DNA from: Pavona decussata
Lineage: Eukaryota
Assembly: GCA_977016875.1 (NCBI GenBank)
Contig: CDRNST010000060.1
Location: 4,030,001-4,094,000 of the forward strand
Length of the DNA stretch: 64,000 bases
Reading direction: 5' to 3'
A program made the position numbers and the translations under genes. Within the stretch, counting starts at the first letter, position 1, and each line of letters starts with the position of its first letter. The notes under the pieces are model-generated. The model worked only from the letters and a program-made list of their open reading frames with translations, was not told the origin of the DNA and made no database searches. Shown here piece after piece: positions 43,801 through 57,268 of this stretch.

Positions 43801-46800
43801 CACATCACAGGATGAGCTTAAAGAAAGAGAATCAGTTTTGTTCCCTCAAAACAAGATCGGCAAAATTCAACAAAAGTTGTCAAGAAGAGGTTTCCTTACC
43901 GTGAGTCCAGAAGTTGATGTTGCATTTCCACAAACATACACTCCTCTAGGAGCAATATTGGATACTGCCTGAAGCATCTGTGGTCAGGAAAAATAAATCA
44001 TCAAAATGAAATTTTAAAAAAGATGCCATTTTCACGTTGTTGCAAGCATGGGACAAAGAACATATTCCAAATCCCTGAATGGAATTGAACCCATGAATGC
44101 TCGGGCAAACCCTGATACTCTACCACTGAGCTACAAGGAAACACATGGTGAACAAGGCCGTTTACTAGGTTCATGTAAGGATGTAGTTAATTTAGTTAGA
44201 AATTGTTAGTGATGCACTAAACCATTTCCAAGTTGCTTTGAACCTCATAAATAAAGCGAGGCTAAGTGTAAAGTTTTTATTATGAAGATTAGGTTTCATT
44301 CATATGTGAACACAACTAATTTTTACACAAAAAGCTTTGCAGTTAGTTTCGCTTTCGGAGTGAGGTTCAAAGCAATTCAGAAATGGTCTATGAATCTAGG
44401 TAAACATGGCTCAATTGATTAAAGCATTGTTTATGAATTGCTACCATGTTTAAATAAAGTTCAACATCATCATGGGTAAAACACTTTATGCATATTTGTT
44501 AGGATTAGCAATGTCAAAAATGCCATGTGATAGAAATGCTCAAAAACGGAAAAGATGAACAATTATTCATTTTCACCTTTTTCCAAAATGTATACATGTT
44601 CCCTATGAACATCCATTTACCAAAAACTGCAGTAAAATAACTACTAAATCTTAATGGGATACTTGACTTCAAATACTCCTTGTTTCTCACCACACCTGAC
44701 CAAACACACTCTTAGCTCACCTGACTTTTTCCAAGACCTGGGTCACCAACCACTAGAATGTGGGGATTCCCTCTAATTGGAATACGATTCTGTATGAAAG
44801 ATAAAAATGAAAGTACAAATCAAAAACCATCAATAGTTGGATTAACTTTGAAATGTCAATTTTCATGGCTACCCATAAAATGAGATCTCAAACGGCTGGA
44901 AATGTAAGCAAATGTACACTGCTGGAACCACCAGAAACAACAACAACAACAACAACAAAGACATGAAGGTAGCTGTTGCTATTTGCCGCGGGTTAATTAC
45001 ATCACTACGTTTCAGAAAAAAATATGATCTAAAAGGCACAATAATTGTCAGTTAATTAACCCAAGTCCTTCATTTAAGTTACCTTATCATTTAAGTATCT
45101 CTGAGTTCCTCCAAACAGACCTAGCACCAATCCTGCTTTAACCAGCTTACAAAAGAAGAGCAGTTGTTCAATGAAAATAACATTTAGTACATGAAATTGG
45201 AAAAAAATCAACTTGCCATTAAAAATACATTAAACTCTTTCTAAAATGATCAAGACAAGACAAACCTCATGTCCATAAATGGACGGGCAAAGAGATCTGT
45301 AAAAACATAAGTTTCAAATTGTTTAGCAAAGGGCTTTCAGGTCATTGCTTATGGTGAGCAAACAGGTGTATCCTAATCTGATGGTTATGTGTTAAAATAA
45401 GAATCTAAAGAGGTTCATGCATTGAGGAGAAGATGAGAACCACTAAATCACAATAGCAATCACAGATCAGATGATCCAACCAAGACAATGTACCAATAGG
45501 GTGGTCTTTACGCTTTGAGAGAACTGGTGCCATAAAGAACAGTGCTGGTCAGACACAAAAGAAGCCTCCAATACTTGTTTATTTTTGGTCATTTTCAAAC
45601 TCTAAGTAGCCATCCATCTTCACTGCAGTCACCGGCCAGTCATCGTAGCTGGCTTCTAGCAACTAATGATAGCAATGAAGATCATAGTGACTAGGAGGAG
45701 GAAGACCATGGTGAAAATAATGATGATAATGAGAACGAAGATGATGACGATGATGGAAGCAAAGACGATGATCATGATGATGATGATGGTGATGATGATG
45801 ATGATGACGACGACGATGATAATGATAATGATGAAGATGATGATGATGATGATGATGGCAATGCCACAGAAAAATAAACAAAGAGTAAACATCAGATGCT
45901 CTTTCACAGCTTCTCAAACAGTTGCCAAAACCAAGAAATCATTGAATCTAGTTTAACATACTTGCTGTGACATGCTTACCCAACAATCAGCCGGAACAGG
46001 TTATTCTGAGCCTGAATTTCTTGAATGGCATACAGTTCCTGTACATACAAAGTACAAAAAATATGAAATCAACCAACAAGTTTTTTCTAGACAACTGCAT
46101 AAAGATAGCTTCTCGTAGAGACATGGCTTCATAACTTTCTCTCTCTTATATATATATTGGGCAAATGATTTATACCTAGACAGTAAAGATACCTGTAAAA
46201 TGTTAATTTGGTGTTGTATAAAGAAAGGCTATTTCAGGTGCGTTCAATTAACCCTATTCTGGAATAGGAATACGTACCATTATACACTGATACAACCTGC
46301 TAATAGTGTGTTATAAAGTTGTGTTTGGTAATGGTTTAAAATAAATTTTTTACACCAAAATTAAAACACATTTAACCTAGAGCATGACTAAATCCTGCTA
46401 GGCCACATCAACAGGATGCAACTTGATAGTCATTTGAGTCATAGTTTAACAGAACTTATAACTTATCATGGCAATTCAAAAACTCATTAATAATTCATAA
46501 GCCCATTGACCTATCAAATGGTCGATTAAAACATCACATGCAGTGGTTTTAAAACCTGATAAAACCTCCTCCTTATTAGCATGCAGTGTTTAACGTTTTT
46601 CTTGTATGCTAATTTCCAATGTTCACAAAAGCGTCACTGTCATGAACTCTCTCGACACACGCTTTTCCAGGAATGTTTTTGAAGCCGTTCAAAAAAACTC
46701 GCAGCACATGTTTTATCGGGTCTAAAACCACTCGGCTGTGCCTCATGGTTTTAAATCCCGATAAAACACTGCAGCTCGTGTTTTAAACATTACTTAAAAC

Positions 46801-49800
46801 TTTACCTTGATGGAGAATTCCATAGCAAGTCCGCTTGTTTGCTCTCCACTACTTGCACTTCCCTTGTTGTTATTTACAGCATTAGCATGGATGTAAATCA
46901 GGAACATACACTTGTCCTTCTGGCTCTTGTTTCGATCTACATGTAAGGAGTAACAGTGCTGTTATTTTGGATCTTGTGTCTTTTAGGGGGCCTCGATCGA
47001 TGGTAACGGTCGATATGTCGGTCGACTCACGGTCGACTAACGGTCAATATCTCGGTCGAGCCTCGGTCGCTACTCGGTCGACACTCGGTCTATAATTGGG
47101 GATGACTCGGTCGATGTTGTACCGCTATGGCAGTCATCGTATCGACCGAGGTGGCTGTTGGCCGATATAGATAGCAATACACCGACACTTCACCGACACA
47201 TCACCGATACTACATCGATATTTCACCGCTTACCAGCCGATAGTATCGGCCGATATATCGGCCAATATTCTATCGATATGTTTTTCGACACTTCTTCCTT
47301 ATCTCGATCGACATTCATGTACATAGCGCACCACTATATCGGTCAACATATCAATAACGACCGATAGTCGGTCGATAGTCTGTCATTATCTCATTTGATT
47401 CTTCCACTATTGCATCATTTTACCACATTAGGTCAAGAGAAAGCACAAAAATATGCCAGCGTATTACACTGTAGTGTCCCGGTTTAACCAGTTTAAAACA
47501 AAGCAAAATCCTCGTTCCTTTTTCGTGTCGACCGAGTATCGGCCGATGCATCGACCGATACTTGACCGACGGTTCACCGATATATTGCCGACACTCTGCC
47601 GATGCCATCGCGACCGACTGTCGGTCGATCTCTCGACCGAAGGTGATCAAATGATCGGTTGATACGTTGCCTATATAGCGGCCGATGCTCAACCGACACT
47701 CGCCCAATACTCGACCGACAATCGACCGATACTGGGTGGATACATTGACCGAGATATCGACCGTGTGTCGACCGACATATCGACCGTTACCATCGATCGA
47801 GGCCCCCTATAAGACACAAGATCCGTTATTTTCACCTTTTTAACACTTGCTACTGTAATAATATTGGCATACTTTAAGGACAGCCTCTCCTACAAAGGTA
47901 TTATTGTGTTTCTTATGGTTATGCGGAAAAAGCAGATCTTAGAAAAGGTCATTGAAGCCCAAAAAGAAAATAGGGGGTAACCACACATTTTTCAGGCATA
48001 ATTAAGCAACGAATGAATATATAATTCCAAAAAGCATCAAAATACATAGCAATTTTATATATGGGATATTTTTGTTCAAATAGAAGCTTCATTATCTCTG
48101 AAAAAACGCATGGTGATGCTTAATTTTATTCTTGGATTTCAGTACCCCTGGTACGATGTTCTTTTTTCAAATAGTCATAAACCACACAAAAATGATCTTT
48201 AAGGTGGCTCTATACCATTTCTTCAGTTTTTGCTGGTAGTGATATATATTTTTCTTGATGTTCTGGTTCTTTCAGCCCTGTGAAAATATCTGGGTTCAAA
48301 CATAGTTTCGAGTACCTAAGTCCTTGTGCTTTGCTAAAAACAACGTTTAAACTAGTAAACCACGTTTCCATGGCAACCAGCAGATGATGCATCTGTTGAT
48401 TCCTTCACTCCTAGCTAGTAACAAGACAGGTTTGCCAGAATTTTGTGCGGTAAAATTTCGCTATTTTTTGTGTACTAGCAAAAGGAGGCACCGTCCTTAA
48501 AAGTTCTATTGTTACCATGTCCTACACTCTTTATTTCAGGTCCCTTTGGTAATAAGCACTCCCTAGATGGATGCCAGATTTTAATTTTTTTTTATAAGCT
48601 CCCTTTTCCTGGCTACCCCATGAAGGGGCAGGAAATAGAAATGATGATTGAAATATCCTAAATCTCAGAAGGCCAAATGACCTTTTTATTGAAGAAGAAA
48701 AACTTCAAACGGGATATAACAAAGAAGAACTAAATCCCCACATTAAGCTGTACCCCTGAAATTACATAAATGAAAGAAACAAAGTGGTCTAAAGTGCAAC
48801 TTGACTTCAATAGATAAAGGTTCAGTCAGCTTAGGGACACTGTAGTTTTGATACACAGCCCATTCTGTTTCAAATACATCTACTGACGTATTTGGGTAAT
48901 AGACTAAGAAAATAACAGTTAGTTTGCACTCTGTTTAAAGTTTGACTCAGAATAACACCCATCGTATTGTTAAGGCCTGTGTGCAACTAAATAAGACAGT
49001 GTCAGGCTCTTAAACGAGTACTTGGAGGTTTTCCATTTGTTGAGTGCTTACTTTAAGTCCTGACGTTTCTGATCAGCCATTAAAGTGATAAACCTTATTC
49101 AAAAGTGGCTCCATTTTAATATTCTTTTGTTTGCACTCAAATTTATGGCAGCTCCTTCTTACCTTGTTCAAGGTAAAATATTCTTTTGATTTTTGAGCTT
49201 AAAAAGGAGGTAAGAAGGGCTAATTTCAACACAAACAAAATAGTATGAAAATGGTAGCTATTTCGGGAATAAGATCTATAGTGAACCACTCTTACGTTCT
49301 TCCGAGCTTGTAATTTTGACCATACCAGTAATAGTGACCATGTCCCCAGGAACGCAGCTATCCACTAATTTTTGAAACAAATGAAATGTATTATTATTTT
49401 GTTAGTATAAATCGACAATATCCATTATCCAATATCCATTATTTGCAGATTTCCACAACTTTTCAGCATCTTCAACATAATCAACTTGGCACTATTTCGA
49501 GAAGCTATGCAAGAAATCCTGCAAATAAATAAAGCAATTTCTAAATCAACCTAAATCAGCAGTCAGCTCGCACTCCACAGTTCTTGGAATTCTTCCAGAT
49601 TCTCTCTGATCATCATCCATTATCTCCTGTACCCTGGAAGTAGACAATAATATACAATGATGATATTTTAAATACAGCTGTTGCCCTCAAATCTTTCTAT
49701 CATTTAGTCATCTGGACCAGTTGTACAAAAATCAAGATCAGTTTGGTATAACTACTGACGTTTGATGCTCAATTTTCAATGACGAATGAAGATTTTCACC

Positions 49801-52800
49801 TGACTGAACAACTGACATTTTGCAATTACATCCAATGTTAAATTATGTGCAGCTGGCCTCAGCAGTCTCGCCTAACAACACTATATCTTCCTTAGAACTT
49901 AAAGGCCTTCTTAAACATTCATAAGTTTACCTTAAAAGAACTTGAAGGGTTTGGGGTATATATAACCAACCTATGGTGCATCTTAGATCCCTTGTTGTTG
50001 TTTTAGCTCGGATTCACCAGATGTTTTGTAAATGGCCTTCAATTCGTTCAGGACATCAGTTTCATCCACTGCTTAATTTGCCTGCTTTGCACTCTGTTTT
50101 GTGACAAAAACTGACATCTTGCCCATAATCATGCATTTTTGTTGCAAATGAAGTGCGAAAAAACAGATACAAATCATTGTGGCAACATTTCCTGTCAAAG
50201 AAATTGAATACCACATGCAGAAAAATTGTGAATCTGAGCTATAACAAGAAAAAGCTATCTAAAAAAAAAAAACTAAATATCTTGACACTCAAGATAGCGT
50301 AAAAGCAACCTGTACAAGCTCATGCAACTTAGGTTTTCTTGAAGCCCTGCCTGATAGTATTTGACAGCTTTACACTTTTCAAATTGCCCTGATATATCTA
50401 TTTTCTAGCATTTTTTCACTCTGTCACATCAACAGCTAACCTGACAGTTTGCCAATCAATAGTCTCTGTCATTGGTGAACTTCTTTCAGGGTTGAATGAT
50501 CTGCCACGGCAATCTGCAGATGAACACTATTCAAGCAAAATAAAAGAATAGATTTATAAATCACTCCATATCTACCGGCCATGTAAGTACCAGCATATTT
50601 GGTCATCAAGGAAAGAAATACTCACCTTGGTCGGTACTGAGTATCTTCCATCTGTGAGATGAATAGCCTTATAACATGAACAACAAAAAATATGGTAACA
50701 TAACAACCAATAACCCAGCAAAAAAATCCACCATTTTTTAGGCGGCAAAATCACCAGTTGTTGGTACATACAGGTAAGAGGGTTGGAAACAGTATTTATA
50801 TAATTGGGCATTCAATTGACCCTATTCCGGAATGGGAATACATATAGTGATGACAAGAAATCCCTCATAAGAGGTTGTTGGAGTTGCTGAAGTACACAAG
50901 TGGCCCTCAAATTGTCATGTGTCTGCAAACATTTGCAGAAATGTCTTCTCAAATTTACTTAAACAAACGCAACCTAAATAGATCAGTACATGCCACAGCA
51001 CTAATGTGACACATAATGATTCTACAAAATAATTAAATACAAAATTAACTATTGAACTGAACATACCTGTGTCTCTCCACACAAGTTGCAGCTAAATGCC
51101 ATTTTGGTCACCAGTGGTTTCACATTACTCACTCTAATCACAGTCCCATGAATTGCTACAAATTTACCTGCATACAACGCGACGAAACAAGTTAATCATT
51201 TAAAATATCAAGCAATGATGATAAAATTATTATCTTCGGCTGTCATCAAATGCATGTATTCAAACAGGTTTGTTTTACTTACCAAAATAGTTGGACTTGA
51301 GGCTTTTGAGTGGCGTTACAGGCTCAAAGTTTGTTATTCTGTTGGGTAAATATGTAGTCCAGATCATGTAGGGAAAATAAGAGATTTCAAAACTAATGAC
51401 AATCAGTGTGAGCTTAAACAAGCTAGGAAAATCCTTTGCATTTTCTATTTATCAAAGATCACACTTTTAAGGGAACCTTCCTTGAAAGGGGCATTGTCAG
51501 GGAGATTTCCATGAGTTTTGGTGAAAATTGGTCAAATATTTGATAAGGTAACTTTTCTGTAACATCAAATAATAATATATTATGGCTCTTAGAGCACTGA
51601 GAAGAAAATATTAATTTATTTATCTTGGAAAGGGTCCCTTCCCAAAACATGGAGCATAAATGAGACGGAAATTTAGACGACTGAGTTTTGGTTAAAATAA
51701 TGATTTCTACTTCAGAATAATAATAATGACTTGAAATTTACCTGGCTTGAATGTATGGCAGATCTATAAGGCATGCAACCTGCTGGCTTTCTCCTGGTTC
51801 AACCGTCAAGAGAACCTAACATGACATAAACACGGATGATGTTGCATTAGCATAGTACTTTTAAGTAAAATAATTATTATTAAAATTAAAATACCATGCA
51901 ATCATTTATTAATGAATTTATTTTCATTCAGCAATGGGTTTCATAACCTAACACAGTACCTGAGACACTGCTAAGCCAAGACTTTGAAGCACTACTGTTG
52001 GCTGGTCTCTGAGATCTCCAGCCAGGGATGGCAAATCCTCACTCAGCTCTATTCAAAATTTAATTAAACTCAGACAGATGATATACTGTAATAGAGAAGT
52101 ATAACATACGGTAACTACATATACTGATAGTACGAGTAGCTGCCATCATCCACACCAAGGTACATACTCAAAATATTTTACCTGTTGGACAAGGTTTCAT
52201 ATCCAACCCTCTCTGTCAGACCATATTGTCATGCTTGGCTAACCAATTTTGAGCAGCCATTTGACATTCACCTGACTGAACAAATCAAGGCTCAGCCCAG
52301 TTTACATACAAGATGTCCCAACAGGAGCTGACACTTCTTGGTAATGATTTATGCATTTCTATAGGGCAAAGTTATGAATGAACGAGCAAACAAAGGGGAA
52401 GGGAAGCTTCCCCTCTCCCTCTCTTACTCCACTCATGCAGCCTGCATGCCTGATTCCCTTCCTCCTTCCCCTTTCTATAATGCCTGCCATGCACGCTATG
52501 TTCTAACCAGTCCAGAATATGAATATGAACTTGTGATCTCTGCAGAAAGCTGTTTGCTCAATCAACTGAGGCTTTGAAACCAGGTGGTGGTATAGATGGT
52601 ACCCTATCTACTGATTCCTATTTGCTGATATAAACTACAACAATTCAGGTTGAACTGCAAGCCAGCCCAAAGTAAGAAACCAAGTTATAGTAATTTGTCA
52701 GTTGACACAACTACGTAGGTCTGGTCTTTGTCTTGAAGGAAAACACAAGGGTTCTTACAGACTGGTCAGTGCTGGAAAACAGCAGTACCTGACTGCTAAG

Positions 52801-53162
52801 TACAAACTTTCAGTGTGCAATGTACCTGAGTCAGATATAAGGTCAGTATAGTCAAACACGACTGCCCCTTTATTTTCTATTTCATCCTGAAAGAGATAGA
52901 GAAATGACCTAAGTAAATGGCAGATAAGTGCACTGATAGTAATATTATTTTGTAATCAGTAACAGCAAAACTTCCCCCACTTTGTTAACCATCAAGAGAC
53001 AAAACCAAAACCAATCATGAAAATAATGCTCACAAGCATTTTCCTGTACTTGAGAAAGCTACAATTTTGAAAGACTATGACTTTTCCTATGGGTGGTGCC
53101 TACTAATACAGTTTTTGTTTGGTTTAAAACTATGCGGAGAAAGCAGAACTTAGCAAGTGCTG

Positions 53163-53195
<33 letters not shown>

Positions 53196-56100
53196 ACATT
53201 TTTCAGAGATACTAAAGCTTTAATTTTGAAAAAAAAAACACCATACATTGCTTTGTATTTTACTATCTTTTAGAATAATATTGTTCCTTGATTACAGTAG
53301 ACTTCCGATAACTCGAACCCTCGCTAACTCAAATCTTGCGCTAACTTGAACCAATTTTCCTTTCCTTTCATGTCATTTTCTATATAAATTTACCCTCGAT
53401 AACTCGAACTCCCGATAACTCAAACCTTCTTCAATTCCACTTGAAGGTTCGAGTTATCAGGAGTCGACTGTATCTCAAAAAATGTGTGGTTACCCCCAAT
53501 TTTTTTTTTTTTTATTTCAATAGCCCTTAATAAATTCTGCTCTCCTCGCATAGTCATAAACCACACAAAAATACTTCTTTATTAGTAGGCACTGTCCTTT
53601 TAAATTTACTTTACCTTGATAAATTTTTGGTTTTATAACACTCATGCATGCTCTTCTATATTCAATTTTGCTTCAAGTTTTGACTGGTACTGTGAAAACA
53701 ATCCAAAATCCATTCAAAATAATGCTTAGAGAATTTTTAGCAAAGATCTTGCTCAAAACCTAAAATTATTTTCTTGAAAATTCTGCATACAGTGGTTTAG
53801 AGGGTTGTGAGAGGTGACAGTCCATTTTTTCCTGTCTAACAACTATAGACCCTATGCAAAAATGGCTCACATTTTAACATTCTTTTGTCTGCATTCAAAT
53901 TAGCCTCATTAACCTCGTTCAAGGTAAACTATTCTTTTAGATTTTTGAACTCAAGAATGAGGTAAGTAAGGCTAATTTGAATGCAAATAAAAGAATATCA
54001 AAAAGTCAGACATTTTTGCATAGCTTGATTTCTGGCTGTTTTTTTCCACTGATGTTTCCCTGGTTGGACTTGAGGATAAAAACTTCAGACTGACTAAATG
54101 CTGCAAGTTGAGCTCAGTCAAACAAATACTGCAAAAAAATACAGCTGAGAAAACAAAACCTTAGAAAGTTGTGCTGAATGTGATTCCACAAACTTCATAA
54201 TGGCCTGAACTTTAGATCCAAGAGATGACTCTGGGTTGTAAACTGAAAAAAAATATATCAGAATTTTGCCATTTATTATTTGATAATTTTTGTAAGAATT
54301 GTCTTTAGAAGTAAATATATCAGCTGGTTATTGAAAATGCTATGATAAATTTTAATTATAATTGCATCATGTTACATATTTTAAAATTACTTACAACATT
54401 ATTAAATTATTATTAGATTTAGGTTTCGTTTATTTTGGATTCAATAAATATTCAGAGCACTCACCATTGAATTGACAGTTTGACTTACCATCGTTAGGGA
54501 AGTACAAAGTCCATTTTTTATAGGGACAGGGTGTTAAATTAGTCTGCACTTGACGAGGTCTTTGATATTGTACTTGAGGTCTACAGCTGTCTTGGTTTGT
54601 AGTGACTTGACCTAAAAATACAACTTACAGTATTCACAAAGAGAACCATGCAGGAAGTCTATGATTCCTGGACTTTTGCCAGGGACCACAATCATTTCTC
54701 CAGGACTCCAAGAACTAGAAGAATCAGGGAGTGGGGGAAGGGGATGGAAGAGGGGGGGGGGGGGAGGGTGAAAGTTAATAATCAGCAGCATAGCCAGGAT
54801 TTTTCCCCAAGCCCAAATCATTTCCACAGACTTTGTCTTAGCTGTATGGCGAGGTAAAGCATACAAATTTTACAAGAGTTTATACTCATTATAAAATTGT
54901 AGGAGCCTAAAAATGGCAGCTACATGAAATCGTGTTAAGTTTTGGAGGTTGTTTTCTTTTACATTCCTTTTTTCTTCTTTTTCTTTTTTATTAAATCTTC
55001 AACACATTTTCTAGATATGGACATGCATTATATGTGCATAAACGTGGCTACATCTCTGATAATCATCATCATCAGTATCAGCTTCATTTAAACACCAATG
55101 AAAAACATCCGGCCTTACATAAACACAAAACAATATATCATTATCTACTTACATGTACCTAACATCATAAATACTGATAAAATGGAAAAAAAAACCCTGC
55201 TTTCTATGAATGCTGTCCAATCTAATTTTACAGTTTCGGTGTATTTTTTTTTTTTTTTTTTTTTTTTTGGGGGGGGGGGGGGGGAAGGGGGTGGGTTCTT
55301 TGTTCTTACTGTGGGATAGATTTATCTATCTCTGGGGAAATTTGACCTGGTATAGATAAACATAAACATGCAACGGCTTTGTTAAGGTTTTGAACAGTTT
55401 GGCATAGGTTAGTGTACTTGGACAGGATAGTCAATGAAAATTGTTGCTGGGGTGTTATTGGTTTGGATCTGGAACTGCAGGAAAGCTCAATGTTTAAGTT
55501 ATTTGTGAGGAAATCCACGGCAATTCAAGAGCAAAGTCTTTTGCTACAAATCTTTAGCATGTGCAGTTTGTGTGTTAAAATTCTTTCACGTGCATGCTTC
55601 AATGTAATTTATGCAGTTTCAATGTAATTTATTATTCTAGAAAGGTATTATAGCGTCAGTTGTAAGATGAAGGATCCTAGTCAACATCTCAAGTATTAAA
55701 GGCTTTTCTTCCGAGTTTACAACGTTTTCCTGTGCTGTTATAACACAGTTGTGCTATGTGTCACATTCCTGGCACATTATGACGTCAAGAAAACTGATTT
55801 TACCAGATGTTCTCTCCTGAAGAAGGAGAAAATCTGGGTACTAGATTAGTCCACTGCCACTACCACCACCCCCAAGCTAAGTTCACAGTTTCCTGTCCAA
55901 ATGGTGCTCTGTAATTTTGAGTGAAATCACTGAAATGTATGAAAAGTTGCCTTTGCCTTAGCTTGTAGGCTGCAAGCTAATTTGTGGAGCACGGTAACCT
56001 GAAAAAAAAAACCTACTGCTAGTTTGCAGAATTAAGCTTTTCCTGGATTGAGTAAGCAGTTCTTTCCTGCGGTACTGAGTGTTGTGACTGTATAAAAACA

Positions 56101-56300
56101 GAAACTTTAAAACGTAGCTACAGTGTATATGAAGTCCTGTGAGGACTTGCGTGTGCAAAAGTTAAAATGTTAATTTAGGATTTAAGAACTTCACCTCTTC
56201 CCTGGGGTGGACGCTGGCTAGCACTGCCTCCTTTCCTCTGCCCACGAAATCTTTGCCCCCTTCCTCGCCAAAAATTACCCCTTCCTCTTCCAGAACTCAT
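36188..56300 (-). CDS. MCM8: DNA helicase MCM8
   Basis: Motifs: PYKKWTLYF, zinc finger C-N-L-C...[39 protein letters not shown], Walker [10 protein letters not shown], Walker [10 protein letters not shown], arginine finger [21 protein letters not shown]-terminal [17 protein letters not shown]. 33 exons: 56300-56195, 54611-54489, 54242-54160, 52886-52826, 52048-51960, 51815-51742, 51338-51283, 51167-51067, 50667-50626, 50526-50441, 49633-49551, 49364-49296, 46936-46806, 46038-45980, 45296-45266, 45145-45083, 44789-44721, 43977-43900, 43430-43358, 42717-42653, 42337-42294, 41719-41633, 41279-41246, 40810-40781, 40523-40468, 40070-40031, 39653-39582, 38936-38886, 38596-38531, 38177-38085, 37562-37401, 36816-36727, 36304-36188 (TAA). 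Confidence 0.93.
36970..37330. repeat. Degenerate ~40-bp tandem repeat (TTTTCCCGCGCTTAGCG...)
   Basis: Repeated TTTTCCCGCG(C/T)TTAGCG and GGCGCTGTTT units in an MCM8 intron. Confidence 0.6.
40849..40897. repeat. (AAT)n microsatellite
   Basis: Perfect AAT run. Confidence 0.95.
44040..44180 (-). mobile_element. Degenerate tRNA-derived repeat
   Basis: Minus strand TAGCTCAGTGGTAGAG...GGGTTCAATTCC; a similar fragment lies at ~1505-1610. Confidence 0.5.
45665..45860. repeat. Imperfect (GAT)n microsatellite
   Basis: GAT/GAC/AAT run in an MCM8 intron; it generates spurious poly-H/I/M ORFs. Confidence 0.9.
46969..47824. mobile_element. 856-bp MITE with an 8-bp TSD and GG ends (Merlin-like)
   Basis: TSD GTTATTTT at 46961-46968 and 47825-47832. 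Near-perfect ~60-bp TIRs GGATCTTGTGTCTT(T/A)TAGGGGGCCTCGATCGATGGTAACGGTCGATATGTCGGTCGAC; internal TCGACCGA repeats. Confidence 0.85.
53295..53470. mobile_element. Tc1/mariner-type MITE nested in a Kolobok-like copy
   Basis: TA|CAGTAGACTTCCGATAACTCGAACC...GGTTCGAGTTATCAGGAGTCGACTG|TA; the host element sequence resumes on both sides. Confidence 0.75.
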
Positions 56301-56455
56301 CTTGCGCTAGGAAAATTTATAAAACCTTCATTGCCATCCAAATATGCCGCCATTTTTGCTCAGGTTCAAAACCTCATTTCTTAGACTTCATTTCATTGGT
56401 TTACAAAAAAGAGCCAATCATATTTGTGGATCTAATGTGACGCTGACTTCTCAAC
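56301..56455. promoter_or_regulatory. Compact bidirectional promoter shared by MCM8 and TSNAX
   Basis: 155 bp between divergent ATGs. Contains GCCGCCATTTT (YY1-like, ~56346), CCAAT boxes in both orientations (ATTGG ~56395, CCAAT ~56414) and a TGACG half-CRE (~56438). Confidence 0.7.
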
Positions 56456-57268
56456 ATGGCGGCCGTACAGAAAGGGCAAAGGCGTCAAAAGCGAGGAGAG
56501 AAACGTTCTTGTCCACCTGCTAACGAAACTAGTCTACCCAAAAGGAAGACTGACGAGAACTCTCCAATCATAGCGTCATTCAAAGAGCATCAGAAAGAAC
56601 TTGACGCACGCCATGATAAGCACGAGCGCTTGGTAAAATGTAGCCGGGACGTTACTATAGCGAGCAAGAGAATCATCTTCCTTTTACAAAGGGTGGCTGG
56701 GAAAGACGACACAGAGCACATCCAGAAAGAAGCGGATGAGAAATTCCTAGAAGTCAAAGAACTCTTGAAGATGATGGCCTCGGAACTGGAAGGCGAGGAC
56801 CCTTTCTTGTTCAACCGGGCCTTTTCACCTGGCTTGCAAGAATACATTGAAGCCCTGTCTTTCTCTCATTTCCTCAAACACAAAACGTTGATTTCATTTG
56901 AGCAGGTCAAGGCTTCTTTTGAATTCTCAAACGAGGGAGGAAAGGATCTAGTGTTAAACCCGTTCGACTACATTCTTGGAGTCGCAGATTTGACTGGAGA
57001 ACTAATGCGTTTATGCATCAACAGCGCTGCCACTGGAGACAGGAACACTCCTTTTGAGGTGTGCAGCTTTCTTCGTAAGGTGCACGATGCTTTCGTCTCT
57101 TTTGGTAATGTTTCCAAGGACGTTGCGTCGAAAGTCAGAGTTCTGAAAACAAGCATGAATAAGGTAGAAGCTGCTTGTTACACTTTGAAAGTCCGCGGTT
57201 CAGAAATTCCTCAATTTGCTTTGGCGGAAGCTTTGAATTCTGAGGGAACTGATGACCGAGATTATTGA
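56456..57268 (+). CDS. TSNAX: Translin-associated factor X (TRAX, C3PO nuclease subunit), intronless
   Basis: 270-aa ORF with ELDARHDKHERLVKCSRDVTIASKRIIFLLQR, PGLQEYIEALSF, DYILGVADLTGELMR and KVEAACYTLKVRGSEIP; the acidic catalytic-type residues are present. Confidence 0.95.
   Translation: MAAVQKGQRRQKRGEKRSCPPANETSLPKRKTDENSPIIASFKEHQKELDARHDKHERLVKCSRDVTIASKRIIFLLQRVAGKDDTEHIQKEADEKFLEVKELLKMMASELEGEDPFLFNRAFSPGLQEYIEALSFSHFLKHKTLISFEQVKASFEFSNEGGKDLVLNPFDYILGVADLTGELMRLCINSAATGDRNTPFEVCSFLRKVHDAFVSFGNVSKDVASKVRVLKTSMNKVEAACYTLKVRGSEIPQFALAEALNSEGTDDRDY

Noticed and set aside
45656-45956. Poly-His, poly-Ile and poly-Met ORFs
   Set aside because: Translations of an intronic (GAT)n microsatellite; no splice or coding context.
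55958-55998. Possible extra MCM8 exon ([13 protein letters not shown])
   Set aside because: In-frame TAA before any donor; exon 1 splices in phase directly to 54611.
13366-56300. U12-type or other non-canonical introns in RALGAPB and MCM8
   Set aside because: All inferred introns are GT-AG and none has the GTATCCTT/ATATCCTT donor consensus.
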